A stretch of 64,000 nt of DNA from Octopus sinensis (taxonomy: Eukaryota): positions 99,386,001 through 99,450,000 of the forward strand of contig NC_042999.1 in the NCBI RefSeq assembly GCF_006345805.1. Direction: 5' to 3'. Below the pieces are notes generated by a model. The model saw only the letters and a list, made by a program, of their open reading frames with translations. It did not search any database and was not told the DNA's origin. Shown here in pieces: positions 34,800 through 48,053 of the stretch. Position numbers and translations under genes: made by a program. Within the stretch, counting starts at the first letter, position 1. Every line of letters begins with the position of its first letter.

Positions 34800-36430
34800 C
34801 GTTTAATCAGGAGGAAAAGAAAACTAAAGAAAAATGAAACGTAGAACACTATAATTCCTTTCCCAGAAATATTTTAAAGATTTCCACAGGATGAAAGTAA
34901 AGTTTGCCGAGAGAAGGATACACATCTGGTGCGGTACTTACTAAAAATTTCCTTGTAGGATTTCCGAAAAGCCTTAATCATAAACAAAATTTGTGACCCT
35001 GCTGCAGCGAACATGTTTCTTCAACTCCTTGCCCTCCTTTCCTAGAACTGTGTTGTTGACGAGGCTGCCTGTAAAATGTTGTGACTTCTATTATAGTCTT
35101 TTTCCAGCTGTTGCTGCTGTCGTTTCTCTTCTTGTTGCTACTGTTTTTGCTGTATTCCTTGTTACTCTTTTTGGTCTTGTCATTATTGTCGTATATATCG
35201 CAGCTTCTTTATTCTGATGTCGTCGTTTTTCTTTTGCTCTAGTTGTGGTTGTTGTAGTTCTTGTTGCTGATATTGTGATTGTTGGATTGCCGAATGGTCA
35301 CAACTTTTCCGATGAGTTGTTTGCTTGCTGCAGCCACACTTTAGGACCTGGGGATCGGGCTGTTCTTTTTTTTGTTCTAGACTGCCTTTAGGGCTTCGTC
35401 CACATTTGAAGTCTCAGGAAATGTGGCGTGAGTTGTTAAAATTGATTTGATTTACTGTGATGTATTTGTTGTTAGTGTACCTGGTGGTAGTGATGGTGAT
35501 AGTAATAGTGGTGGTTGAGAAACCCTTTTAAGAGCCCTTCTGCGTATGTTACTTGTTGCCATTGTTTCTCCTGCTGGCACTGATATTGTTTTTGTAATTG
35601 CATTTGTCATAGTGTTTGTAGCAATGGTTGAGAGTAGCGTTAACTTCCTGTTATTCATTATAATGTACCGGGATGGTAAATGCAATAAAACGGGCCATTT
35701 CAAGTCTTCCTGCTTTCGTAATTATGGCCCGTTTTATCGCATGTACCATCCTGGCCTCAACTTTTCCCGTCTACTACTAGTCGTATTTCTTCTCAGTACT
35801 CGAAAATAAAATACCTAGAGATACCTGCCAGATCTTCATATGGGACGAACAGCCGGAAAGCCTTCAATATCCTGTTTGTTTTTCCGGGAAATTGACTTCA
35901 AACTTCTTACCCGTTTTCCTTTATCATTGCTGTCACCCTTGTCTACTTCATGTAGAATGGAACATTACTAACGTTTATATTTGTTGCTCTATTCTTGTTT
36001 TATTCAAGAGGCATAATATATTCTTGAGATGTACAAGTAGTTGTGGCTTCCTTTTGTCACATATGTTATTCTGTATCACACCTCTGGCGAACATTTTCAA
36101 CATGTACAGCGCTTTGTAATTTCAACCTCCTCTAGCATCTGTTGATGAACTTGGAAATAATCGTTTTTTTTTTGTTTCGTTTATCTTTTCAGCTGGAAGC
36201 TGGAACACTGCGTCGAGTTATGTCACGTTTGGATTTTTCAGATACAATATTTTTCCTCACAGGAACTATGTTACCAATTGGCTTTGTGACAGACGTAAAC
36301 GAAACCACTATTGCTTTTGGTGTCCTCATAGTTCTCGTCATCATTGCTGTTGCTTTGTTACTGCTGTTGTTGCTCTTCTTATTGTTGTTAATTGTTTCAC
36401 AGCAAACGGCAGCAAAATTTTCCGGAATGG
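34800..36430 (-). pseudogene. Highly decayed relative of the gag-only ORF (copy C)
   Basis: Ordered motifs ENFAAV, KTII, YVTKE, RATNINVSNVPFYMK..VTAMI, DIEGFP, IRLVVDGK, CDKTGH parallel ETYAGV, KTII/KTIT, ATKE, VRVPKVPPNIK..VTAII, DIERFP, ISVIVEGR, CGSRGH. Confidence 0.55.
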
Positions 36431-36904
36431 TGAGTGACTTTATTATGACTGCAAGTCATGCTACTGTTAAAAGAAATGCGAGCAATATTTATCCCCCATT
36501 CTCCCTCATTGTTTCTTATGCATTCACTTATACTCCTTTTTGATTCATTCCTGTCAGTTAAACATGAATTCTTAAATTTGTATAAACTCTGTAATTGAGT
36601 AAATGCAATATTTAAAAGAGTGACCAAATCGATCACATAGGAAAAAAGATTCACCAAAAAGGAACGTAACAGTCCCTCTGTAGAACTGACAAAAGAATAT
36701 TAACGCTAACATAGATCAATTAAAGTGAAAATAGCAAAATTCTTGAACTGTTAAAATGCTACAATTGAGCGTGCCTTTTCCGCCAACAGGTACCAGATAC
36801 CTATGATTTGATAATGCAGATTGATACCTAGCAATCTAATATCGGAAGGATAACAACGAAATAGTGAATAAACGAGAGGGGCAACAGAAGTGGCAGCAGC
36901 AACA

Positions 36905-37325
36905 AAAACTATTCTGATTTAGGTACAAGGCAAGTAGTTTGGGGGGAGAAGATAGTAGTCGATGCCATCAACCCCAGTGCTTGACTAGTACTTAATTTTG
37001 TCGTTCCTGAAATAAAGAAAAAGATCTTTGAATTCACAGCGTAGGGTGTGTGGTAGAAATATTTTCTGTTGGTCTAACGACATTGCCAGTACACCACTAT
37101 TAATAGTATTATTTTAATGCAAGCACAATCCCCAGTAGTTTTGAGGAAACGCGATAAGCCGATATTGTCAATCTCATTACATGAGAGGTACTTTAGGTTT
37201 TTGACCTCGAAAGGATGAAAGCAAAGTTAAAATCGCTGAGATTTAAAATATAAATGTAACGAAGCGGAGGAAATGCTGTAAAGCATCTTTCTCACGCGCT
37301 AACTCTTTTGAGAGCTCACCACCCT
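36905..37325 (-). mobile_element. Two degenerate SINE copies
   Basis: Core remnants ACCCCAGTGC...GTACTTAATTT and CGAAAGGATGAAAGCAAAG...GAGCTCACC. Confidence 0.6.
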
Positions 37326-37514
37326 AATAATGATGATGATGATGATGACGACGACGACAACGACGACGATGATGATGATAGCTCCATGAAACTGTGTTAT
37401 TAGGGAGAGCTAGACTACTTAGGAGGGTTCTTGGCATCTAAGGTTACTTCTTGTAGCCCGATGTTAGGAATTTTTTCTTTTCCAACAGTTTAATCAATTG
37501 TGCATATACGAAAT

Positions 37515-37615
37515 AACAACAACAACAACAACAACACTACCACCACCACCACCACCACCACCACCACCACCACCACCACCAACACCAACAACAACAACAA
37601 CAGCAACATCAACTA
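37515..37615. repeat. (AAC)n/(CCA)n microsatellite
   Basis: Direct observation. Confidence 0.95.
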
Positions 37616-37789
37616 CAAGAGGGTTTTTCTGTTTTCAAGGAAGCCAACGAATACAAAACAGGCTGAATGACAGATATTTATGACGGGAAAAGAAAGGCAT
37701 GAGAAACCGTGAAAAGGTTAAATTCTAAGCTAATAATGTATCTGTATTTGAATATTCTGATAAATCGGTGACAAGAAAAGCTATTACAT

Positions 37790-38090
37790 GCCCAGTATCT
37801 CAAAAAGTTAAATAGGGTGGATATAGACAAAGGAAGTTACTACTTAGCTGCGGAGGTGCAGGGCTCAAAGGTAAGACTGAAAGCTTCTTAATTGCTTAGC
37901 GAGATCGCATCCCTCCCACCAGAAACCTCCAAAAGTATGTAATGAAACGGAATGCAGTAATAGCCGCCGAATACAAGGGTACGTGGAAGAAACAATTAAC
38001 TGCAATATTTGTTTTTTCGGTTTTAGCCGATAAAAACAAAACAATATTCCTAAAGGCATGACAGAGCTGAGGTCAAACACACATTAGGAG
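37790..38090 (+). pseudogene. R4/Dong-clade LINE fragment (post-RT region)
   Basis: GLKGKTESFLIA*RDRIPPTRNLQKYVMK resembles the GLK.ETE.F.IA.QDQ.L.TRNYQK motif. Confidence 0.65.
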
Positions 38091-38209
38091 TTATACCTGC
38101 GTTATTAAATACCAACAGAAAAGAGACAGTAAGGGTACACTAACATTAAAACAACACAGTAACAATATTGAGATCTTAATGTTGAGGATGGCAACGTTGA
38201 TCAAAACAT

Positions 38210-38267
38210 GAACAACAACCAGCACCATCATCATCACCACCACCAACACAACCACCACCACCATCAC

Positions 38268-38299
<32 letters not shown>

Positions 38300-38440
38300 C
38301 CACCATCATCATCATCATCATCATCGTCAGCAGCAGCAGCAGCAGCAGCACCACCACCACCACCAACAACAACAGCAGCAAGAGCAACGACAGCAGGAAC
38401 AATAAGAATAGAATCAACAATAACAGCAACAACAACAACA
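38210..38440. repeat. (CAT/CAC/CAG/CAA)n compound microsatellite
   Basis: Direct observation. Confidence 0.95.
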
Positions 38441-38605
38441 AATCAAAACAAACGGCCTCAAAATTATGGCTTTCCTTTTCCTTCGATCCTGATAAAATAG
38501 TTACAATGACAAGATACAGCTCAGTGGTTTAGGCGACTAACATATTGTATAATTGATGTTGTTTTTATTGGTTTATTTTGCTAGGTCTCCAATGGCAGTA
38601 GCTGT

Positions 38606-38647
<42 letters not shown>

Positions 38648-39285
38648 AGCGATAACAACAATATTAATAACTGAACTGAATAACAGAGAATTGACCAGGG
38701 TTCACTAAAAATAGAGACGCGGAAACGTAGGTCCCTGAAATAAACTAAAATGATTTCAATAACATCAACAAACCCAAGATCAAATAAAGAAAGAAAGAAA
38801 GGAAGAAAAAGAAAGAAAACCCCAAATTTTGCTGTAAGGAATCGGTAAATACAATTCATAGATATAATCTCTCATACATGTTAGCACAGAGAAAATACAT
38901 TATTTAAATAACAGGACGAACAAAGAAGCAACGACATAGGAAACAAAACGAACCGACTTGAAGCCAACGTTATTGATAAAAAGCAAACAGGAAAAAAAAA
39001 ACAAGACAGATTAACTATGTTTTGTTTATAAATCAAACTGCCACAAATACCTACCGAGCCATCATGGAGGACTCTTATCGTGGCGAGAGTTTAATTCACG
39101 CTTGGTACGAAAGTAACACATTAATTCGCATGTGGTTCAGAAGCAATGTTCTTTCAGAAAAATTAACCTACAACAAAATGTTCGCCTCACACTGATAGCA
39201 ACCGTTAAAATATATGAAATTAAAGAAGAACGATAGACTAATAAACAATATGTTGACGTTTTACATTATTCTTACACATTTGTAA

Positions 39286-39490
39286 GGTGGCGAGCTGGCA
39301 GGATCGTTACCAGAATGAGCAAAATGCTTAGCGGTGTTTCGTACAGCTTTAGCTTCTGAATTTAAGTTTCACCGTGATTGGCTTTGCCTTTCATCTTTGC
39401 GGAGTCGATGAAATAATTACCAGCTGAACACTGGGGTCGATGTAATCAACTAGCTCTCTTCTCCCCTAAATTTCAAGCCTTGTATATATA
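39286..39490 (+). mobile_element. tRNA-derived SINE
   Basis: GGTGGCGAGCTGGCAGGATCGTT...GGGGTCGATGTAATC. Confidence 0.8.
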
Positions 39491-39499
39491 GTACATAGA

Positions 39500-39675
39500 T
39501 TTTAGGGTTCATATTTTTGGAAGGTCAGCAATTTCGTACAAGTGGGTAAGTCGGTTAAATCGACGCCTGTGAATTTATCGATCCAGAACGGAAGGAAAGC
39601 AAAGTCGACCTCGATAAAATTCGAATTCAACGTAAAGACGGACGAAATGCTGCTAAGCATTCTGCAAGCTCGCTA
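39500..39675 (-). mobile_element. Degenerate SINE
   Basis: GCAAAGTCGACCTCG...GACGAAATGCTGCTAAGCAT core. Confidence 0.7.
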
Positions 39676-40899
39676 TAAATTAATATAAAACGAATGAGTT
39701 ATGGGTTTTGGGAATAAAAGAGCAAAAAATAAAAGATACAAAGGTACGAGTAAAGAATATTAGGTGATTTGTAACGTTTGTAACAAAATCACCAACATAT
39801 AACGTCTAGAAAGTATACATACTGAAGCTAAAACAAAACCCAATCACTACACTCAGAGTAGATAAACTGATACAAACCAATGAAAGTATATCAGTATGGA
39901 ATCCATCATATACAAAATACTAAAAATATATAAAACAGCACAAGAGAAACAATTATACAAAAAAGAGGTGATCCCTCTAAATACATTGAAAATGCATCTC
40001 TATACATCCGCTTGCATGTTTGTATTCGTTTTTGTTTTTACTCTACAGAATTCATCGTATGTGAATCAAGCAAACCATTGGAGCTGAATAAAAAACATAC
40101 AAAAAAAGAAGCGCAAAGGAAAACGAACTAAAATTTAATATAATGTTGAAGATCATAGAAGTCCTTGATGGAAATTTTCAACCAAGTACACAATCACAAC
40201 AAACATATACCCTCGACGACCACATTTAACAAACAATAAAATCACACATCACAACAGATCAAAGAATTTTACATGGTGGATTTTACGGGAAGTATAAAGG
40301 CAATAGGAAAGAAAGATGGATCAATAGAAAGTCCTACTGAAGCTTCATACGAACAAGCCATTCCATGAAAGAATTAACAGAGCTCAGCAAAAATTTCTGT
40401 CCACTAAAACAAACTACAAGAAGAGACTGAATAATTTGACCTATTTATTAGTAGTAATGGTATCGAAGGAAGATGGTCTTGATCTTAATAGTGTTCCTTC
40501 TCAGCCAAACCTGAGAAAAAATTGATAGAAAATATACTATATAAAACTGAAAAAGTAAAAATTATATACTTTGCGAAATCGACAAGAAAGGTTCATAAAA
40601 AATTATTAAAAATTATTATTAAAAGAAGAAGACTCTTTTAGACTAAATAAATCATAACTAGTTCTTATCAGCAAAAGCTCGCAGGAGAAAACAATTCGAA
40701 AAACATGGCGGTTCTTTTAGCTAAATATTTAAATGTTTCTATTTATGAAGCCATTAAAAATGTGAAAGATATTTAGATGCAAATGGTTTTACAATACATA
40801 GAATAAAAATATAAATATTTATATATAAACAAAAATATTTATATAATATAAATATAATATCAAAAAAATCATACGATAAATATAAACTAAAGAAAATTA

Positions 40900-41830
40900 T
40901 AATGCAGGATGATATGCCAATATCAACGACAGTTCGTTAAATATATTGTAATGAATATGTCACCAAATATTCAACAGAATCAAACAACACAGTGGATCAA
41001 AAAGGAAAAGCATAAAGAAAATGCTGTAACACCTTAAATACGCCATAAATTGCAATGAATTAACACTTTAAAACCGAAAGTCAAATGGGAAGTCCCTGGA
41101 AATGAAAACGTATCCAGAGTTCTTCGTAGTAGATTTAATTAAGTGGGGAGCGGATCAGACTTTCAGTATCGAAAGGAAGAGGAAATCAACATCAACAACA
41201 ACATCAACAATAACTACTACAACATCTAGAGCAAAACTACGAAAATACCCCTGAGAAACAGGCCTATAGTGAGCTTACTAACACCTTACAAAGCTCGTAA
41301 AACTGGCAAACAGGTTTCTTGCTCACCTGGAAAGCAATAACATTTTACTGGAGAAGCAGAAATGGTGCTGGAAAGGGATTTATGATTGCAAGGAGCTGCT
41401 ACAGATGAAATTTCATAAAAGAAAGTAAAACAAGGAAAACAACTGTTAACTTCCAGGATTGTTTTCCGAAAAGCGTTTGACATTATTCTACACTCTTGAA
41501 TCGTGGAAACATTCCATATATATTAAGCATCTCCGCTACTAATAAAACACATCAAGTATATCATGTCAAAATGGAAAACAATTATATTACTACACAGCTA
41601 AGGGATGATTAGCACCAACTGTATACCTAAAAATGTTGGAATTAGGGCTTCAGGGGATCTCGTAAGTCATTCTATTTTTTTTGCTTGTCAGGACCACCTT
41701 ACCAAATCTGTTGAATGAGAACCACTAACAGTTATAGGTGCTTCGCGCAAATTATTAATCACATCCTCTAAATGAATGATTTGAAGATTCTATGGAACCA
41801 AGGCAGTGTGCGAAAGCTATTATAGGATGA
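40900..41830 (+). pseudogene. Decayed R4/Dong-clade RT fragment
   Basis: Across frameshifts: WEVPG (KSPG-like), RPI, HLESNNILLEKQKWCWKG, KAFD, WKT, QGD, INHIL*MNDLK. Confidence 0.6.
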
Positions 41831-41950
41831 GGGAAATTAACTAAAACTGTAAACATCAAATTAGATTCACATACTGAAATCAGAGAATTAGAGCAGAATC
41901 ACAGCAGATACGAAAGTTACATACGAGTACTACTGTGGGGTCAGACTAAT

Positions 41951-42166
41951 ATTGGTTTCAAATGCTTGGCACAACGCCAGCAAGTTTGAGGGTGGGGGTA
42001 AGTCAGTTATATCGACCCCAATGATCAATTGGTACTTATTTTGTCGACTCCGAAAAGGTGAAAGGTAAAGTCGACCGCGGTGGAATTTGAACTTAGAACA
42101 TAAAGGAGAACGAATTGCTGCTAAGCATTTTACCCGGTATGATAACAGTTCTGCCAGCTCACCGCC
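41951..42166 (-). mobile_element. tRNA-derived SINE
   Basis: Full core ending TGCCAGCTCACCGCC on the plus strand. Confidence 0.85.
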
Positions 42167-43170
42167 TTAAGGGTTAAACTAATATTTAAAAATGGGAAAT
42201 GAATACTAAAAATAAGATAACATACAATACCCGTGCCAGAAACAACTGTTCCAATAGGTGAATCGGAGAGCTGAGGCAGGAAAGAACTTCGAAACTCCTA
42301 TCGGCGTTCTGGGGTCACCATCTTAAAACTTATATAACTGGAAAAGCCGATCTACATCAGCTTTAAGATGATAGGTCTTGATATATACAGAAAATTGCAA
42401 TTACAAAATATCTGCAATGGAAATAGAAAAATAAAGAGAAACTGATTAGTGTTATAAGGGAATATATAAGTAAAAAAAGAACATTCTCTATAACGAAACA
42501 ATAAAATACAGACTACACAGAAGATAAGATTTAGCTTAGGACAAAAGGTTTTATAAAAATCTAAGACAAAATCAAAACAGAAATTCTAAATGCAAGAAAG
42601 AAAAAAAAAACGGAGAGAAATGTACTACATGGCTAATAACTTGCAGGACACGATAGAAAAGAAATAAGCTAGTGTGAAAGCCAACAAAGGATCAAAAGCT
42701 TTGGCCTAAAAATAACTACGAAAGAGTTGATTTTACTTTCGTAGGATCAATGCCTAACCACACACACACAGACACACACACACACATCTGCAAACACGAA
42801 CACACACATACACACACACACTCGCGTTGCACATATACATTGATACATACAAATAGGCATGCATGCATAGAGAAAGGAAAGAAATTTTAAAAACTGACCG
42901 AAAGAGAAACCGAAACCGACTTTGTTGTCATTCTTAATCACGTCTGTTATTTCTAGCAGGTCAAGTGCCAACGAATTTCAAAATAGCTTTTTCTTCCCAC
43001 TAACATTCATTTTACAACATTCTATCATCATTTCCATCACTTTAGCACTAACGCCTGCCATTCTCTACATGTGTGTATATGTATGTATCTTTCTGTCTCT
43101 CTATCTCACCCTTTATCTCTTTTTCTTTCTTTTTCTGCCTGCATACATACATACATACATACAACATACA

Positions 43171-43206
<36 letters not shown>

Positions 43207-43221
43207 TATATAATAATATAT

Positions 43222-43260
<39 letters not shown>

Positions 43261-43269
<9 letters not shown>

Positions 43270-44947
43270 AGGGCTTAGTAAAATAAATTACTTTGCCACA
43301 TACTGAACTCATTAGGAATAGCAGCTAAAGAAATTTCTTCAGCTATTTCTAATACTTAAAGAAGATCTCTCTCAGATAGCGTTTGCCTAAACTAACTCAC
43401 AAAAGTATGGGGGAAAAAACATTAAAAAATCAAGTGCAAAGGTTATTTGAGAACGTACGTTTCTAGATTAGTCAATTCGACATTTCTTTCTTCAGCTCAG
43501 AATTCCTTGAATCGGATTTGGGAACACTGAAAGTCGGGAGCATACCCTTTCGGCTTCTAATCACCTCTAGAATTCTGCTCGAACTAAAAGTGCTATCAAA
43601 TTCGAATATGCAAGCGAAGAATTTCTGCTCTCCCCTTTCCACCAGCGTGGGTTAAAATTGACAAACACCATGTATTAACGCAGAATTTAGCAGAGAGAGA
43701 TGAATTATAATTTCAACAATTGAGGGTAAAATTAATTAATTATTAATCAATTTCACCAAGTATTCAGTATGTAAAGGGACCATTATAGGCGAAATTGATT
43801 AATAATTAATTAATTTTACCCTCAATTGTTGAAATTATAATTCATCTCTCTCTGCTAAATGCTGCGGTTTTCACCGTTAATACATGGTGTTTGTCAATTT
43901 TAACCCACGCTGGTGGAAAGGGGAGAGCAGAAATTCTTCGCTTGCATATTCGAATTTGATAGCACTTTTAGTTCGAGCAGAATTCTAGAGGTGATTAGAA
44001 GCCGAAAGGGTATGCTCCCGACTTTCAGTGTTCCCAAATCCGATTCAAGGAATTGAGCTGAAGAAAGAAATGTCGAATTGACTAATCTAGAAACGTACGT
44101 TCTCAAATAACCTTTGCACTTGATTTTTTAATGTTTTTTCCCCCATACTTTTGTGAGTTAGTTTAGGCAAACACTATCTGAGAGAGATCTTCTTTAAGTA
44201 TTAGAAATAGCTGAAGAAATTTCTTTAGCTGCTATTTCTAATGAGTTCAGTATGTGGCAAAGTAATTTATTTTACTAAGCCCTTATATATAATGTAATAT
44301 TTTGAATTCGCCTATAATGGTCCCTTTACATACTGAATACTTGGTGAAATTGATTAATAATTAATTAATTTTACCCTCAATTGTTGAAATTATAATTCAT
44401 CTCTCTCTCTGCTAAATGCTGCGGTTTTCACCGTTAATACATGGTGTTTGTCAATTTTAACCCACGCTGGTGGAAAGGGGAGAGCAGAAATTCTTCGCTT
44501 GCATATTCGAATTTGATAGCACTTTTAGTTCGAGCAGAATTCTAGAGGTGATTAGAAGCCGAAAGGGTATGCTCCCGACTTTCAGTGTTCCCAAATCCGA
44601 TTCAAGGAATTCTGAGCTGAAGAAAGAAATGTCGAATTGACTAATCTAGAAACGTACGTTCTCAAATAACCTTTGCACTTGATTTTTTAATGTTTTTTCC
44701 CCCATACTTTTGTGAGTTAGTTTAGGCAAACACTATCTGAGAGAGATCTTCTTTAAGTATTAGAAATAGCTGAAGAAATTTCTTTAGCTGCTATTTCTAA
44801 TGAGTTCAGTATGTGGCAAAGTAATTTATTTCACTAAGCCCTTATATATAATGTAATATTTTGAATTCGCCTATAATGGTCCCTTTACATACTGAATACT
44901 TGGTGAAATTGATTAATAATTAATTAATTTTACCCTCAATTGTTGAA
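43261..44947. repeat. Young ~557-bp unit: one inverted copy plus about 2.1 tandem copies (PLE pseudo-LTR / retrozyme-like)
   Basis: Units start at 43791, 44346 and 44905. 43261-43793 is their reverse complement; only a few differences are visible. Confidence 0.92.
44054..44105 (+). ncRNA. Putative type I hammerhead ribozyme (also 44613-44664 plus, 43448-43499 minus)
   Basis: TGAG-CTGAAGA-[stem II]-GAAAC-GTAC-GTT-CTCA; palindromic stem III ACGTACGT; stem II imperfect. Confidence 0.5.
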
Positions 44948-44948
44948 A

Positions 44949-44982
<34 letters not shown>

Positions 44983-45088
44983 ATATAAAGTTAATCCAAA
45001 CAAGAAAGCACAAAAAAAACACAACAACGCGGGGACGTGGAACAAATATAGTATTACTGGACGTTCAGGAAAGAAGGAAAGAAGGAGG

Positions 45089-45123
45089 GTTTAACGTTTC
45101 GAGCGGAGCTCTTCGTCGGAAAC
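45089..45123 (-). ncRNA. Minimal PLE-type hammerhead motif
   Basis: GUUU-CCGACGA-A-GAGC-UCC-GCUC-GAAAC-GUU-AAAC; U4 replaced by C. Confidence 0.6.
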
Positions 45124-45198
45124 ATAGGAGAAGGAAAGATCCAGAGAAGGGAAGACAGAGGATAAAAAATCGCCAACGGTACACACGAGGTCATATTT

Positions 45199-45267
<69 letters not shown>

Positions 45268-46439
45268 GAGATAAATCTATATCTGTTTTTATATATGTGC
45301 GTGTGTATATGTATGTGTATATGTATATATACTCGTAGGTAGGCACATACGTATTCGAGCACATAGTAAATATACTGTAATGTGAATTTCAACCGTTATG
45401 GACGCAACCAGCGTTTAAAAATGCGCACTCTACAGGGTTATTCCACGTGTTAAAAATAGCCATATTTTTCCTCAGAATACAAAGGAAGATTTGAGAATAT
45501 AACCCTGAATGTGCTATATCTGAAAGAGAGGCAACATGTTATCAGTAGAACGTCTTCGACGATAGATTTTTCTCTGCTAAGACTGTCCTCAGACAGAAAA
45601 AGCAGCAATGTACTGTGTTTCGAATTCAGGTTGCCTTGACTACAACTCTGTTTCATGCAATTTATACAAAATGTATATGGTGAAAGAACCTACTTAAATT
45701 AGGTTCCAGAAAGGTCTTGAGGCGGCACTTGGCTTACTACTTAATGTATTCAACTGGTAGTCATAAAGTGAGTTAAGTTGGGTTCCAAATGTTATAAAGT
45801 TGCTCTTTCAAAATTGGCGACAGGAAATTCTTCTCTAAAGCATCTGTGCACAAATTCTAATAAGTTCACTAGGAAAAAGAATCTTTGAACTACCGTATAT
45901 ACTCGGCTATTAAGTCTCACTTTTTTCCCTGAAATTTTCATCTAAAGTTGAGGGTGTGACTTATAAGCGCATCCTATAAAAAAGTCATCCGATATTTTCT
46001 AGGTACAAGCCACATCAGAAGTTCTGACACATGGAATATTTGGGAAAAAAAAACAAAAAAAAAACGGAATCTCTAATTCCGAAGCCGAGATGTACATGGA
46101 AGACGATCTTAAGAAATATCTTTATATATTTCTTTACTTCTGTTAGTATGAAATAATAAATTTTAAAAAAGTGAGTTCAATATTTGTTTGTTTTTGTACT
46201 GTATCTACCTTTCTTTAATTCGACGCCATGTTATTTGTTAACATGAAGAGAAAGAGGAATGCGTACGATATCACTTTCAAACTAATAACCACACTGCTGT
46301 CTTATAACACTATAAATTATAAAGTTTACCATTTCAGTTAATGTTTCATAACTTTATCCGACGATGAAGTCTTTACGTAATAGCTTAGCCTGCTAGAAAT
46401 AGCTGCCACATTTCTTGTAAATCAAACTCAACAGTCTAA

Positions 46440-46655
46440 AAAGGTGATAAATTAGTGTAATCGTTAGAACGTCAAACAGAATACTTCGCGGTATTTATAC
46501 CGTCTCTTTGCGTTCTGAATTAAAATATCACGAAGGTAAACTTTGCCGTTCGTCCTTTCGAGACGGATAAAAAGGTGCCGATCTAAGTCATTGGATTGCT
46601 GAGATTGTAAGACTGTCGAACCGGATGCATAGCAATATTCGTTCCGGCTCTTCAC
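46440..46655 (-). mobile_element. Degenerate SINE
   Basis: Weak core (GCGTTCTGAATTAAAA...CCTTTCGAG); orientation uncertain. Confidence 0.35.
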
Positions 46656-47689
46656 GTTCTAAGTTCAGATTCCATAGTCTTCTTAGGTGATACGCTTAAT
46701 CCGTCACCTGGTTTAATTCCATCAACTGATACCTTAGGTATCTTTCGCGGAGTCCATTCTGTTGCAAGGACTCGGGCAAGGCTACCAGTTTCAAGATAAT
46801 CCTCTCCCTCACTCTAACAAGTCTCGGTTCTTGTACTGCCTTCCTTTTTGACAAACAGATTAAGAAAGGGTACATTAGTTATATAGTGGTTGATAAAATG
46901 ACGGGTGGTTTATTATTGGGATAGCTTAAGTCTAAATAACAACAGCTTTATATTATTCATATCAAGAAGGCATATTTCATTTCATCTGTCTCTAGGGCTA
47001 TATGTCATTAAAAACAACCACTCTTTAGACAATCTCTTCTGCGTTTTTGCATGTGATGATATTGAATTGTACCAGGCCACGATTCATTTGAAATGATTAA
47101 TGCAATACTTGTCAGTGACTTTTGTTTCACGTCCCTGTAAAAAAAAAAGAACAAAATAAATGGGGGGTGGGGATGAGGTTATGTGTGACTGAGGGATAGA
47201 CGATTTAAATAGAATAGAACATCAGTGAGAAAAAGAGAGTGAGGAGTGTGGGTGAGAAAGAATCGAGTTAAAACAGATATATAAGATTCTTGTGTTTATA
47301 AGATTCGAAGTAAATTCCCCAGCGTTGCTGAGAAATCATGGAGTAAAAATGTCAGGAGAAAATATAACAGAAAGAAGGAAATATGCTTTTGCAACACTAG
47401 ATTCAGGTTAGCAGACTAAAGCAGCTATTTCCGATCAATGGCTTACAAACGTTTTGAAGCTCAAATAAATAATAGCATATAAACAGAACAAAAGAAAAAC
47501 ACAGAAACATATTTTAAAGCTTAGAGAGGCCTTAAATATTTTATAAAGAGGACATGCACAAAATGTATCTACATGTATGGACATATTTATGTAGAAATAC
47601 GAAAATGTAAATAGGATTTTTATTTAGAAAATATGCTTTTTATTCAGTTTATATGCTTATTTGTCTGTTTTTACCATACATAAAATTAC

Positions 47690-47802
47690 AGACATACAGA
47701 CACACACACGATTGAATATAAGTATATATGTATGTGTATATACATACATATAAGTATAATATAAGTATATATGTATGTGTATATACATACATATATATAT
47801 AT

Positions 47803-47833
<31 letters not shown>

Positions 47834-47842
47834 CACACACAC

Positions 47843-47874
<32 letters not shown>

Positions 47875-47983
47875 TCACATATACACGTACATAAATAAAT
47901 ATATATATATATATATACACACATAAATATATACACGTACACATATGTATATATATATATACACACACATAATATATACACGT

Positions 47984-48053
<70 letters not shown>

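Noticed and set aside
44236-44352. CTAATGAG...GAAA with a 10-bp TTCAGTATGT/ACATACTGAA stem as a second hammerhead
   Set aside because: Essential G5 is absent and 8 extra nt separate the stem from GAAA.
43791-44947. CRISPR-like or bacterial repeat array
   Set aside because: The units are long identical repeats without unique spacers; eukaryotic context with no cas genes.
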